A DNA stretch of 32,846 nt from an uncultured Gammaproteobacteria bacterium (GTDB lineage Bacteria; Patescibacteriota; Microgenomatia; UBA12405; JAHJSD01): NCBI GenBank assembly GCA_964432015.1, contig CAYSLZ010000001.1:2088-34933 (forward strand). Reading direction: 5' to 3'. Shown here piece after piece: positions 23,207-31,941 of the stretch. Under the pieces are notes generated by a model. That model did not search any database. It saw only the letters and a program-made list of their open reading frames with translations, and had not been told where the DNA came from. Numbering within the stretch: position 1 is the stretch's first letter; every line of letters starts with the position of its first letter. Both the position numbers and the translations under genes were made by a program.

Positions 23207-23758
23207 ATGTTAAATAAACAATTTGAAGAAAAAATCAAACCGGAATTAAAGAAAAAATTAGATCTTGATAATAGTCTGGCAGTGCCGGAGGCGGAAAAGG
23301 TTATTATTAATATGCGTGTTCCTGAAGCCAAGGAAAATAAGGAAGCTGTTGACCAGCCAATTGACCAATTAGCTAAGATTACCGGCCAAAAACCAAAAAT
23401 TTGTCGGGCTCGGCAGTCAATTTCCAGTTTTCAGGTAACCCAAGGTGATCCAATTGGTTTAAAAGTAACTTTGAGAGATAAAAGAATGTTTGACTTTTTA
23501 GAAAAACTATTTAAAATAGTTTTACCGCGAGTTAAGGACTTTCAGGGATTATCACCTGACCAGTTTGACGAAAATGGCAATTATAATTTAACTTTAAAAG
23601 ACCAGAGTGTTTTTCCGGAGATTAATATTGATAAAATTGATAAGTCAAGGAGTTTACAAATTACTATTGTGACTGATACTCAGTCAGTTGAAAAGGCAAA
23701 AAAGATGTTATTAGTTTTAGGTTTACCTTTAATGAAAGAAGGAGAAGAAAATGGCTAA
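23207..23758 (+). CDS. rplE: 50S ribosomal protein L5
   Basis: Size, operon position and GQKP...[22 protein letters not shown]. Confidence 0.95.
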   Translation: MLNKQFEEKIKPELKKKLDLDNSLAVPEAEKVIINMRVPEAKENKEAVDQPIDQLAKITGQKPKICRARQSISSFQVTQGDPIGLKVTLRDKRMFDFLEKLFKIVLPRVKDFQGLSPDQFDENGNYNLTLKDQSVFPEINIDKIDKSRSLQITIVTDTQSVEKAKKMLLVLGLPLMKEGEENG

Positions 23759-23936
23759 TAAAGCAAAAATAGTTCGAGAGGAGAAAGATCTAAAATACGA
23801 TACCAGATATACAAACCGATGTAAGCTGTGCGGTCGGCCTCGGGGTTATATGCGATTTTTTGGCCTATGCCGTTTATGTTTCCGAAAGTTGGCCGATAAA
23901 GGAATGTTACCAGGTGTAAAAAAAGCCAGTTGGTGA
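23751..23936 (+). CDS. rpsN: 30S ribosomal protein S14, type Z (zinc-binding, 61 aa)
   Basis: [10 protein letters not shown]...CRLCFR motif and the 61-aa short form. Confidence 0.95.
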   Translation: MANKAKIVREEKDLKYDTRYTNRCKLCGRPRGYMRFFGLCRLCFRKLADKGMLPGVKKASW

Positions 23937-24328
23937 TGGATACAATAGCTGATTTATTAAGCCAGATTAAAAATGCCTACCTCGCTGGAAAAAGCGAGGT
24001 AAGAACCGGCTGGTCTAAAATGCGCCGAAATTTAACTGAGGTTATTGCTCAGGAAGGCTTTATTGACGAAGTGAAGGTTAAAAAGGATGATAAAAAGAGA
24101 AAACAGTTGGTTATAAGTTTGACATATGACGACCGAGGCCGGCCAATAGTTACAAGTATTAAAAGAGTATCAAAGCCGGGCCGGCGTGTTTATACAACGG
24201 CAGAGAAAATTCCATTTGTGTTAGGTGGGAAAGGGACAGTAATTATTTCGACATCAAAGGGTTTAATGACTGGGTATGAGGCAAGAAAAAAGAACTTAGG
24301 TGGAGAAATTATTTGTGAAATATATTAA
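23936..24328 (+). CDS. rpsH: 30S ribosomal protein S8
   Basis: [14 protein letters not shown] start. The ATG overlaps the rpsN TGA (TGATG). The track's TTG at 23930 was discarded. Confidence 0.95.
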   Translation: MDTIADLLSQIKNAYLAGKSEVRTGWSKMRRNLTEVIAQEGFIDEVKVKKDDKKRKQLVISLTYDDRGRPIVTSIKRVSKPGRRVYTTAEKIPFVLGGKGTVIISTSKGLMTGYEARKKNLGGEIICEIY

Positions 24329-24331
24329 AAA

Positions 24332-24895
24332 ATGTCGATAATCGGAAGACAACCTATAGAGGTACCAGATTCAGTTACGGTTACGGTTAAGAAGGATAAG
24401 GTTGAAGTAAAAGGGCCGAAAGGAGACTTGAACCTGGTTATACCGGATAATATTAATGTGGATAAAAAAGAGGCTGTTATTCGGCTGACGAGAGAAAATG
24501 ATACAAAACGGTTAAAGTCAATTCATGGCACAATTAGAAATCTAATTCAAAATATGATTACCGGGGTAACTAAGGGTTGGACAAAAAAGCTTCAGGTTAA
24601 GGGAACCGGTTATGGTGTTAGTAAGCAGGGCGAAAATTTGGTTTTTAAACTAGGATTTTCTCATCCGGTTGAGTTTCAACCCCCGGAGGGAATAAGTTTT
24701 GAAATTGATAAGAATATAGTTACTGTTAAAGGAGCAAATAAAGAGTTAGTTGGCAATACAGCGGCCAAGATTCGTCGTATTTCTCCACCTAATATTTATC
24801 ACGGAAAGGGTATTCGTTACGCAGATGAAAAAGTTAAGCTTAAACCAGGTAAAGTTGCCAAGGTTGGGGGAGCTGGTGGAGGTATAGGAGGTTAA
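24332..24895 (+). CDS. rplF: 50S ribosomal protein L6
   Basis: SIIGRQPIEVPDSVTV...V.VKGPKG and YHGKGIRYADE motifs, with a Gly-rich tail. Confidence 0.95.
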   Translation: MSIIGRQPIEVPDSVTVTVKKDKVEVKGPKGDLNLVIPDNINVDKKEAVIRLTRENDTKRLKSIHGTIRNLIQNMITGVTKGWTKKLQVKGTGYGVSKQGENLVFKLGFSHPVEFQPPEGISFEIDKNIVTVKGANKELVGNTAAKIRRISPPNIYHGKGIRYADEKVKLKPGKVAKVGGAGGGIGG

Positions 24896-24896
24896 A

Positions 24897-25241
24897 ATGA
24901 AACAAAAATCGGCCAAACAAAGAAGAACAACTAAAGTAAGACAGGGGATAAAAAAGACAGGCAGAGGAAGAAAACTAACGGTTTTTCGGTCAAATAAGCA
25001 TATGTGGGCTCAGATAATTGATTTAGCAAGTGGTAAAACATTAGTTAGTGCTAACACCAAAGGACTAAAATTTAAAGATAAGACTAAAACTGAACAGGCG
25101 TATTTATTGGGTAAACATATTGCCAAGAAGTCGTTAAAAAATGGAGTTAAGCAAGTGGCTTTTGATCGCGGGCCTTATCGTTATCACGGACGAGTAGAAG
25201 CTTTAGCTGAAGGTGCTAGAGAGGGAGGGCTTCGGTTATAG
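24897..25241 (+). CDS. rplR: 50S ribosomal protein L18
   Basis: L.VFRSNKHMWAQIID and FDRGPYRYHGRVEALAEGAREGGL. Confidence 0.95.
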   Translation: MKQKSAKQRRTTKVRQGIKKTGRGRKLTVFRSNKHMWAQIIDLASGKTLVSANTKGLKFKDKTKTEQAYLLGKHIAKKSLKNGVKQVAFDRGPYRYHGRVEALAEGAREGGLRL

Positions 25242-25268
25242 TTAAAAGTTAAAAATTAAGAATTTAAA
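25241..25268 (+). repeat. Phased heptamer array GTTAAAA GTTAAAA ATTAAGA ATTTAAA filling the rplR-rpsE spacer
   Basis: Read directly as four 7-nt units ending at the rpsE ATG. There is no GGAGG. Confidence 0.6.
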
Positions 25269-25775
25269 ATGGCGGATAAAAATAAAAATAATAACCAGAA
25301 GAATAGAAAAGAGCGGATGCCGCAGTCAGTAATTGATATCCGACGGACATCTAAAAAAACAAAAGGCGGAAACAGAATCGGCTTTACTGCTTTAGTTGTT
25401 GTTGGTGATAAAAAAGGAAAAGTTGGGTTAGGTTTGGGTAAAGCAAAGGATGTACGGACAGCTATTAATAAAGCTGTTCGTTTAGCTAAAAAAAAGATGA
25501 TAAAGATACCGCTTGTTGATAAGTCGATTCCATTTCCGATAGAATACGAAAGAAAATCAACCAAGGTTTTATTAAAACCAGCCCAGGAAGGCTCCGGTTT
25601 GATTGCCGGTGGACCGGTGAGAGAAGTAGCCAGTACGGCTGGGATTGAAGATATGGTAGCAAAAATATTTGGTTCCCGTAATAAAAGCAATAGTGCATAT
25701 GCAGCCTGGGAGGCGTTAAAAGAAATTAAGAAAATAAAGGAAAAGCATGAATATCGGCTGAAGGCTAAAGGCTAA
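25269..25775 (+). CDS. rpsE: 30S ribosomal protein S5
   Basis: VIDIRRTSKKTKGGNRIGFTALVVVGDKKGKVGLGLGKAKDV and GSGLIAGGPVR. Confidence 0.96.
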   Translation: MADKNKNNNQKNRKERMPQSVIDIRRTSKKTKGGNRIGFTALVVVGDKKGKVGLGLGKAKDVRTAINKAVRLAKKKMIKIPLVDKSIPFPIEYERKSTKVLLKPAQEGSGLIAGGPVREVASTAGIEDMVAKIFGSRNKSNSAYAAWEALKEIKKIKEKHEYRLKAKG

Positions 25776-25794
25776 AGGCCAAAGGCAAAGGAGC
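25760..25794 (+). repeat. Degenerate tandem heptamer (GAAGGCT AAAGGCT AAAGGCC AAAGGCA AAGGAGC) spanning the rpsE stop and the rplO SD
   Basis: Read directly. The stop TAA at 25773-25775 lies at the junction of units 2 and 3. Confidence 0.6.
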
Positions 25795-25800
25795 AATATA

Positions 25801-26247
25801 ATGATTAAATTACACGATTTACCAAAAATTACTGATAAAAAAGACAAACGTTTAGGCCGAGGGTACGGCAGCGGTAAAGGTGGTCATACCACTGACCGGG
25901 GAATGAAGGGAACCAAAGCAAGATACAATGTACCCTTGACTTTTGACGGAACAAAAATAAAAAAAGGCTGGCTGAAAAGATTACCTTTTTGGCCTGGTAA
26001 GGGACGTCAAAAAGGCAGTCCTAGTTTAGTAGCAGTAAATGTTGGTCTTTTAGAAGAAAAGTATAAGAAAGATGAAAAAGTTAATTTAAATACTTTGTTG
26101 GAAAAAGGAATAATTTCTCAAAAAGAAGCGAAAAGAGGCGTAAAAATACTCGGTAAAGGAAAATTAACTAAAAAATTGATTGTTCAACTGCCTTGCTCAA
26201 AATCAGCTCAGGAAAAAATAGAGAAAGCAAATGGAAAAATATCTTAA
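25801..26247 (+). CDS. rplO: 50S ribosomal protein L15
   Basis: RLGRGYGSGKGGHTTDRGMKG. It follows rpsE after 25 nt, so there is no rpmD. Confidence 0.95.
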   Translation: MIKLHDLPKITDKKDKRLGRGYGSGKGGHTTDRGMKGTKARYNVPLTFDGTKIKKGWLKRLPFWPGKGRQKGSPSLVAVNVGLLEEKYKKDEKVNLNTLLEKGIISQKEAKRGVKILGKGKLTKKLIVQLPCSKSAQEKIEKANGKIS

Positions 26248-27526
26248 AAAAGTCAAGGTTTTTATTGCCAGCCTAAAGATCGGCTTAATTAGAAAAAAAA
26301 TATTTATTACAGTTGGGATATTTATTTTATTTCGATTTGTTTCTCATGTTCCGGTTCCCGGCGTTGATTCATCAAAACTTCAAGAGATTTTTAGCCAGAA
26401 CCAATTTTTATCTTTATTAGATGTTTTTTCAGGCGGGACTTTAGCTAACTTTTCAATTGCTGCTTTAGGGTTAAATCCATTTATAACCGCTTCAGTGATG
26501 ATAAATTTGTTGAGTATGGTAATTCCCCGGCTTGAGGAACTAACAAAAGAAGGGGAGTATGGTCAGGCAAAAATAAATCTTTATACTAGATTGTCTACCA
26601 TTCCTTTGTCCATAGTTCAAGGTCTTGGAATGTATGCTATTTTACAGAATCAGGGGATTATTAGCCAGTTAAATCCTCTTCAGCTGGTTTCAATGATTAC
26701 TACTATGGCTTGTGGAACTATGGTGCTGGTTTTTCTTTCTGATTTGATTAATGAATATGGTATCGGTAATGGAACCTCTACTTTAATTTTTGCCGGTATA
26801 GTTTCCCGTTACCCAGTTAGTCTTCTCCAAACTTTTTCAGTGGTTGGCAGTCAAAGAATATTTAATTTAGTAATTTTCGGAGCTTTGGGTTTGTTATTAG
26901 TCGCCGGAGTAATTTTGATTGAAGAAGCAGCTTTGAGACTGCCGGTACGTTATGCTCGTCGAGGCCAACAAGGGGGAGGAGCAAATTATTTACCAATAAA
27001 AATTAATACAGCTGGAGTAATGCCGATTATTTTTGCTTTATCATTAGTTTTACTGCCTTCTATGGTTGGTCGAGCTTTAGCCAGTTTGCCTCCGCAGTTA
27101 GGAGTTGACGCCGGCTTTTTAGTTAACTTTGGTAATTCTTTAAATCAGTTCTTTCAGCCAGGAACGGTAAGTTATACCTTAACTTATTTTTTGATGGTGG
27201 TAGTTTTTACATTTTTTTACACTACAGTTGTTTTTAAACCGGAGGAAGTTTCAGAGCAGCTTCGTAAAAGCGGTGCCTTTATCCCCGGAGTTAGGCCGGG
27301 AAAAGCAACGGAAAAGCGTTTAAGGTGGTATTTGTATCGGGTGACTGCGTTGGGTGCTTTGTTTTTAGGGATTGTTGCTGTTTTGCCCTCAGTTGTTCAG
27401 GGGATAACCAAGATATCTACTCTAAGTTTGGGAGGAACCGGAATTTTAATTGTTATTTCAGTTGTTTTGGAGTTAACCCGCTCGATTGAAAATCTCGTTC
27501 AAACCTATGAATACGAAACCTTTTAA
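26231..27526 (+). CDS. secY: Preprotein translocase subunit SecY
   Basis: Multi-pass membrane protein with LDVFSGG, LGLNPFITASVMINLL and GGTGILIVISV. Operon position. Confidence 0.96.
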   Translation: MEKYLKKVKVFIASLKIGLIRKKIFITVGIFILFRFVSHVPVPGVDSSKLQEIFSQNQFLSLLDVFSGGTLANFSIAALGLNPFITASVMINLLSMVIPRLEELTKEGEYGQAKINLYTRLSTIPLSIVQGLGMYAILQNQGIISQLNPLQLVSMITTMACGTMVLVFLSDLINEYGIGNGTSTLIFAGIVSRYPVSLLQTFSVVGSQRIFNLVIFGALGLLLVAGVILIEEAALRLPVRYARRGQQGGGANYLPIKINTAGVMPIIFALSLVLLPSMVGRALASLPPQLGVDAGFLVNFGNSLNQFFQPGTVSYTLTYFLMVVVFTFFYTTVVFKPEEVSEQLRKSGAFIPGVRPGKATEKRLRWYLYRVTALGALFLGIVAVLPSVVQGITKISTLSLGGTGILIVISVVLELTRSIENLVQTYEYETF

Positions 27527-28106
27527 AATAACAATTTTAGGACCTTCCGGTGGCGGCAAGGGAACCCAGGCGAAATTATTAGAAAAAAAATATGGCTGGA
27601 AGCATATTTCTGTTGGTGGTCTGTTTCGCCGACATATTGAAAATGAAACCGAGATTGGTCAAAAGGCAGATGAATATGTTATAAAAGGTGATTGGGTTCC
27701 AACCCCGTTGACTTTTAAGATGCTTGAACCGGTTTTAAAAAAGTTTTTAAAAACCGGTTTTATTTTAGACGGCTTTCCTCGATTACCTGACCAGCCGAAA
27801 CTTTTAGATGATTTTTTAAATGAATACGATGGCGGACTGGATTTGGCGGTTCATATTGATATTCGTCCGGAAGTAATTATGGACCGCCGGAAAAAAGCTT
27901 GGCAAAAAGGGAAAAGCTTTTATGACCAGAAGCGTAAGGATGAAACAAAAAAGGCAATTAAATCACGAATAGACGAGTATAAAAAAACTATTGGTCCAAT
28001 TTTAAGTTATTATCAAGGTAAGGGTATTCTCTTCCGAGTTGACGGTGAGCGTCCAATTGAGATAATTCATCAAGATATTATCGATAGGATTGAAAAGGAT
28101 TTATGA
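27507..28106 (+). CDS. adk: Adenylate kinase (short LID region without Cys motif)
   Basis: ITILGPSGGGKGTQA P-loop and ILDGFPR. The start is set to the ATG at 27507 (MNTKPFKI). The LID segment is about half the E. coli length and lacks a zinc motif. Confidence 0.9.
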   Translation: MNTKPFKITILGPSGGGKGTQAKLLEKKYGWKHISVGGLFRRHIENETEIGQKADEYVIKGDWVPTPLTFKMLEPVLKKFLKTGFILDGFPRLPDQPKLLDDFLNEYDGGLDLAVHIDIRPEVIMDRRKKAWQKGKSFYDQKRKDETKKAIKSRIDEYKKTIGPILSYYQGKGILFRVDGERPIEIIHQDIIDRIEKDL

Positions 28107-28885
28107 ATAAACATTTTCTTCAAGCCGGTCAAAGATTAGCTCGGGCTTTTTCTAAAACCTTAAAAGAAATAAAAGCCGGAGTCAGACTGTCCGAGGTTGA
28201 AGATAAGGCAGTGGAATATATTAAGATGGAAAAAGGTCAACCAGGGTTTAAGAGGGTTGATAATTATGATTGGGCAACTTGTATAAATATCAACGATGGA
28301 GTTGTTCACGGCGTTCCCAATGAGTTGAAAGTTAAGCCGGGAGATGTAGTTAGTTTGGATATGGGGTTGTTTTACCGCGGTTGGCATTCGGATATGGCCT
28401 ATACTAAATTAGTTAAAAGTGACAAGTTTCAACCAGAGGCTGATGAGCCTTTGGCTCAAAAAGTGAAAAGTGAAGAAAATATAAGAAAGTTTCTTCAGAT
28501 TGGGGAGGAGGCGTTGGAAGAGGCGATAAGACAGGTTAAACCTGGTAATCGGGTTGGGCATATTTCTAAAGCAATCGAAGAAATAATTACCGGGGCTGAT
28601 TATCAGGTAATTCCAAGACTGACTGGCCACGGAATTGGTAGAAGATTACATCAAGAACCAATGATTCCCGGGTTTTTAACAGGGCCGATAGAAAAAACGC
28701 CTTTACTTGAGGAGGGAATGGGGTTGGCAATTGAAGTTATCTATACTCAAGGTAAGCCAAGGATTAAAACAGCTAAAGATGGCTGGACAATTACTACTCA
28801 GGATGGTAAAATATCAGCACTATTTGAGAAGACTGTTACAGTCACCAAAAATGGTGTTCAAATTATTACCCCATATTTATTTTGA
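28103..28885 (+). CDS. map: Methionine aminopeptidase type I, carrying a 17-aa insertion
   Basis: Metal-ligand context DVVSLDMG...GWHSDMAYT, HGIGRRLHQEP, GMGLAIEV and FEKTVTVT. The extra segment DKFQPEADEPLAQKVKS follows the second Asp ligand. Confidence 0.94.
   Translation: MNKHFLQAGQRLARAFSKTLKEIKAGVRLSEVEDKAVEYIKMEKGQPGFKRVDNYDWATCININDGVVHGVPNELKVKPGDVVSLDMGLFYRGWHSDMAYTKLVKSDKFQPEADEPLAQKVKSEENIRKFLQIGEEALEEAIRQVKPGNRVGHISKAIEEIITGADYQVIPRLTGHGIGRRLHQEPMIPGFLTGPIEKTPLLEEGMGLAIEVIYTQGKPRIKTAKDGWTITTQDGKISALFEKTVTVTKNGVQIITPYLF
28425..28459 (+). repeat. 35-nt hairpin element, copy 2, inside the map CDS (AGTTTCAACCAGAGGCTGATGAGCCTTTGGCTCAA)
   Basis: 33/35 identical to 18166-18200. It is flanked by AAAAGTG at 28415, 28459 and 28466. 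Confidence 0.8.
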
Positions 28886-28900
28886 GGGGTAAATTAAATT

Positions 28901-29116
28901 ATGGCAGAAGAAAAAAAAGAAATTGAAGGGGTAGTCACTGAAGCACTGCCCGATACAAAATTCAGAGTTAATTTAAAGGACGAAGATCGAGAAATTATTG
29001 CTTATTTATCAGGGAAAATGAGAATGCATTATATTCGGGTTGTTCCTGGTGACGAAGTGGTAGTAGAAATGGGGCCTTATGATAAAGAAAGAGGGAGGAT
29101 TATATACAGATTATGA
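28901..29116 (+). CDS. infA: Translation initiation factor IF-1
   Basis: 71 aa with [16 protein letters not shown].......[23 protein letters not shown]...GRI.YR. Confidence 0.96.
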   Translation: MAEEKKEIEGVVTEALPDTKFRVNLKDEDREIIAYLSGKMRMHYIRVVPGDEVVVEMGPYDKERGRIIYRL

Positions 29117-29226
29117 AAGTACGATCAAGTATAAAAAAACTATGTCCGAAATGTAAAATTGTTTACCGTCGGGGTAAAAAATTTGTTATTTGTGAAAATC
29201 CGAAACATAAACAAAGACAAAAATGA
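29113..29226 (+). CDS. rpmJ: 50S ribosomal protein L36 (37 aa, zinc type); not in the supplied ORF track
   Basis: My translation is [41 protein letters not shown] overlaps occur with the infA stop and with the rpsM start. Confidence 0.93.
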   Translation: MKVRSSIKKLCPKCKIVYRRGKKFVICENPKHKQRQK

Positions 29227-29633
29227 AAATTATAGGTGTTAATATACCAGATGAGGAACGAGTTAAGTATGGCTTAACTTCTATTTACGGGATTGGCAGA
29301 AATAATGTTGAAGAATTATTAGCCAAAACTGATGTCGATCCCAATAAAAGGGTTAAGGATTTAACTAAAAAGGAAGCCAGCCGGTTAATTAAAGCTTTAG
29401 ATGGTTTTGTGGTTGAGGGAGATTTAAAAAAAAGGATTAGAGATAACATTGCTCGTTTAAAAAAGATAAGGTCTTACCGCGGAATAAGGCATATTGTTGG
29501 TTTACCGGTTCGCGGTCAGCGGACAAAAACTAATGCTCGGACGGCAAAAGGTCCGGCTAAAACAGTAGGGGCTTTAAAGAAAGAAGATTGGGCAAAATTA
29601 GAAGAGCAGCAGCGTAAAGCAGGAGAAAAATAA
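29223..29633 (+). CDS. rpsM: 30S ribosomal protein S13
   Basis: GVNIP...[11 protein letters not shown] and [23 protein letters not shown]. Confidence 0.96.
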   Translation: MKIIGVNIPDEERVKYGLTSIYGIGRNNVEELLAKTDVDPNKRVKDLTKKEASRLIKALDGFVVEGDLKKRIRDNIARLKKIRSYRGIRHIVGLPVRGQRTKTNARTAKGPAKTVGALKKEDWAKLEEQQRKAGEK

Positions 29634-29635
29634 AA

Positions 29636-29998
29636 ATGGCCAATAAAAAAACAAACCAAGGACGTTTATATGTTCATGCCACTTTCAACAATACATTAGC
29701 GACGGTTACCAACCAGGAAGGGGAAGTGCTTGATTGGACTTCTTGCGGCAGGATGGGTTTTAAAGGAACGAGAAAATCTACGCCTTTTGCGGCAACTTCA
29801 ACTATACAGGACGCTATTGGAAGAATAACAAATTTGGGTATAAGAAAATTAAGGGTTTATGTAAAAGGACCGGGTCCTGGTCGAGATGCGGCTTTAAGGG
29901 TGTTGAGAAATACCCCTCAGGTACAGGTTACTATGTTGTCTGATGTAACGCCGCTTCCTCATAACGGGCCGAGGCCGCCAAAGCAAAGGAGGGGTTAA
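29636..29998 (+). CDS. rpsK: 30S ribosomal protein S11
   Basis: GRLYVHATFNNTLATVT, GFKGTRKSTPFAA and DVTPLPHNGPRPPK. Confidence 0.96.
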   Translation: MANKKTNQGRLYVHATFNNTLATVTNQEGEVLDWTSCGRMGFKGTRKSTPFAATSTIQDAIGRITNLGIRKLRVYVKGPGPGRDAALRVLRNTPQVQVTMLSDVTPLPHNGPRPPKQRRG

Positions 29999-30005
29999 AA
30001 AGAAA

Positions 30006-30620
30006 ATGAAATTAGATAAAAAATGTCGATACTGTCGTCGGGAAGGTGAAAAGCTCTTTTTAAAAGGAGCTCGTTGTCATTCGACAAAGTGCCCGATAGA
30101 TAAAAAGGGTGCTGTACCGCCGGGAGACCATGGTTTATCTTTCAGGAGACGTCTATCAGAATATGGTCATCAACTCCGCGAAAAACAGAAAGCAAAACGC
30201 TTATTTGGTGTTAATGAAAGACAGTTTAAAAAATATCTTAAAGAAGCTGAAGAAATAAAAGGCAATACTGCCTATGAATTAATGCGCCTTTTGGAAATGA
30301 GATTGGATAATGTTCTATATAGGGTAGGATTGGTTCCTTCTCGGTCAACGGCTAGACAGTTGATTGGTCATGGGCATGTATTAGTTAATGGTAATAAGTT
30401 AACTATTCCTTCTTATCAAGTAAAAATTGGAGATGAGATACGTTTAACAGAAACAGCCCAAAAAATGAATAAGATTGAGGAGTGGTTAAAAAGAGAAGGA
30501 AAAACAGCTGAATGGTTGCAAAGGAAAGGATTTATTGGTAAAGTCAAAAGGCAGCCAGAAAGGGAAGAAATGGTTTCAAGTATTGATGAGTCATTAATTA
30601 TTGAGTATTATTCAAGATAA
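30006..30620 (+). CDS. rpsD: 30S ribosomal protein S4 (zinc-finger type N-terminus)
   Basis: CRYCRREGEKLFLKGARCHSTKCP, YGHQLREKQKAKRLFG and the S4 domain LDNVLYRVGLVPSRSTARQLIGHGHVLVNG. Confidence 0.96.
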   Translation: MKLDKKCRYCRREGEKLFLKGARCHSTKCPIDKKGAVPPGDHGLSFRRRLSEYGHQLREKQKAKRLFGVNERQFKKYLKEAEEIKGNTAYELMRLLEMRLDNVLYRVGLVPSRSTARQLIGHGHVLVNGNKLTIPSYQVKIGDEIRLTETAQKMNKIEEWLKREGKTAEWLQRKGFIGKVKRQPEREEMVSSIDESLIIEYYSR

Positions 30621-30636
30621 GGTCGAAGTTTCGACC
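30621..30636. repeat. Perfect 16-nt hairpin GGTCGAAGTTTCGACC between rpsD and rpoA, identical to the one nested in repeat copy C
   Basis: Identical 16-mer at 23169-23184. It forms the palindrome GGTCGAA/TTCGACC around a central GT. Confidence 0.7.
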
Positions 30637-30651
30637 AATAAAGGAGGTAAA

Positions 30652-31569
30652 ATGTTAGATAACATCAGATTTTCAGTAGAAGGAAAAGAAGAGAAAGGAA
30701 ATTGGGGCAAGTATGTGATTTCCCCATTACCGGCTGGATTTGGCCACACAGTTGGGCACAGTTTAAGAAGGACTTTATTAGGGGATTTTCCTGGAGCGGC
30801 TGCTTCAACGATTAAAGTTAAAGGAGCCAGCCATGTTTTTTCCACTGTAAAAGGTATTAAAGAGGATTTAGTGGAAGTGATGCTTAATGTTAAACAAATT
30901 AAGTTTGATTATCAGGGAGAAGAGCCAAAGGAGCTTAAGTTGAGTAAGAAGGGTCCGGGAAAAGTGACCGCGGGTGATATTACTTTACAGCCAAAAGTGA
31001 AAATTGCCAATCCAGATTTAGTTTTAGCAACTTTGGCTGATAAAAAAGCAGAGTTGGAAATGGAAATAACTGTTGTTTCTGGTGTCGGTTATCAGCCGGC
31101 AGAAGACCATGACCCGGAAAAACATGGGGTAATTGCTGTCGATTCAGTTTTTACTCCAATTGAGGCAGTTAATTATCAAGTTGAAAAAACAAGACAAGGG
31201 GAGAAATCAAATCTTGACCAATTGCAGCTTGAGATTAAAACGGATGGAACAATTGAACCAAGTCAGGCTTTAGATAAGGCGGCCGGAATTTTGGTTGAAG
31301 TATTTAGTCAAATTATTGAACCAAAAGGAAGAGCCAAAAAGAAAAAAGAGAAGAAAAAGCCTAATAAAAATTATGACTTGATGATCGAGGAAATTGAAGA
31401 AATTCCTTTAAGATTGTCTAATGCTCTTAAAAAGGGAGGATATAAAACAGTTAGCGACTTATCTAAGGCGAGTCCGGAAGATATTAAAGAAGTAAGGAAT
31501 GTAGGCAAAAAGTCTATTAAACTGCTTAAAGAAGTCATGGCTGAAATGGGAGTGGAATTTGGGGCTTAA
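30652..31569 (+). CDS. rpoA: DNA-directed RNA polymerase subunit alpha
   Basis: ATG at 30652 with AAGGAGGT 4 nt upstream. PLPAGFGHTVGHSLRRTLL, a K-rich linker, and a C-terminal HhH domain (IEEIPLRLSNALKKGGYKTVSDL). Confidence 0.95.
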   Translation: MLDNIRFSVEGKEEKGNWGKYVISPLPAGFGHTVGHSLRRTLLGDFPGAAASTIKVKGASHVFSTVKGIKEDLVEVMLNVKQIKFDYQGEEPKELKLSKKGPGKVTAGDITLQPKVKIANPDLVLATLADKKAELEMEITVVSGVGYQPAEDHDPEKHGVIAVDSVFTPIEAVNYQVEKTRQGEKSNLDQLQLEIKTDGTIEPSQALDKAAGILVEVFSQIIEPKGRAKKKKEKKKPNKNYDLMIEEIEEIPLRLSNALKKGGYKTVSDLSKASPEDIKEVRNVGKKSIKLLKEVMAEMGVEFGA

Positions 31570-31584
31570 AAGGAGGTAGTGACT

Positions 31585-31941
31585 ATGAGACATAGGAAAA
31601 GCGGAAGAAAACTAGGCAGAGATACAGCTCATCGAAAAGCTTTATTTATAAATTTAGCCCGAAGTTTTTTTAGTAATCAAGGTAAAGTTACTTCTACTTT
31701 AGCTAAACTAAGAGCAGTTCAGCCGAAAATTGAAAAAATGATAACTCTGGCTAGAAAAGCGGATTTAGTTTCCCGGCGCCGGCTTTATCGATATTTTCAG
31801 GATCAGGACTTTGTAAATCAGGTTGTTGAGAAGTTTGGCAAGAAGCTGGAAAAAAGTCCGGGGGGATATACAAGAATAGTTAAGTTAAAAAAAAGGCGTG
31901 GAGATAACGCGACGGTCGCCCGTCTTGAGTTAGTCAAATGA
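31585..31941 (+). CDS. rplQ: 50S ribosomal protein L17
   Basis: MRHRKSGRKLGRDTAHRKAL canonical start, with AGGAGG 8 nt upstream. The track's GTG at 31579 was discarded. Confidence 0.95.
   Translation: MRHRKSGRKLGRDTAHRKALFINLARSFFSNQGKVTSTLAKLRAVQPKIEKMITLARKADLVSRRRLYRYFQDQDFVNQVVEKFGKKLEKSPGGYTRIVKLKKRRGDNATVARLELVK

Noticed and set aside
23934-23936. I considered an alternative genetic code with UGA recoded, as in some reduced-genome lineages.
   Set aside because: TGA terminates several conserved proteins at exactly the expected length (rpsN, infA, rpmJ, rplP, rplD, rpsG), and I saw no in-frame TGA inside conserved genes.
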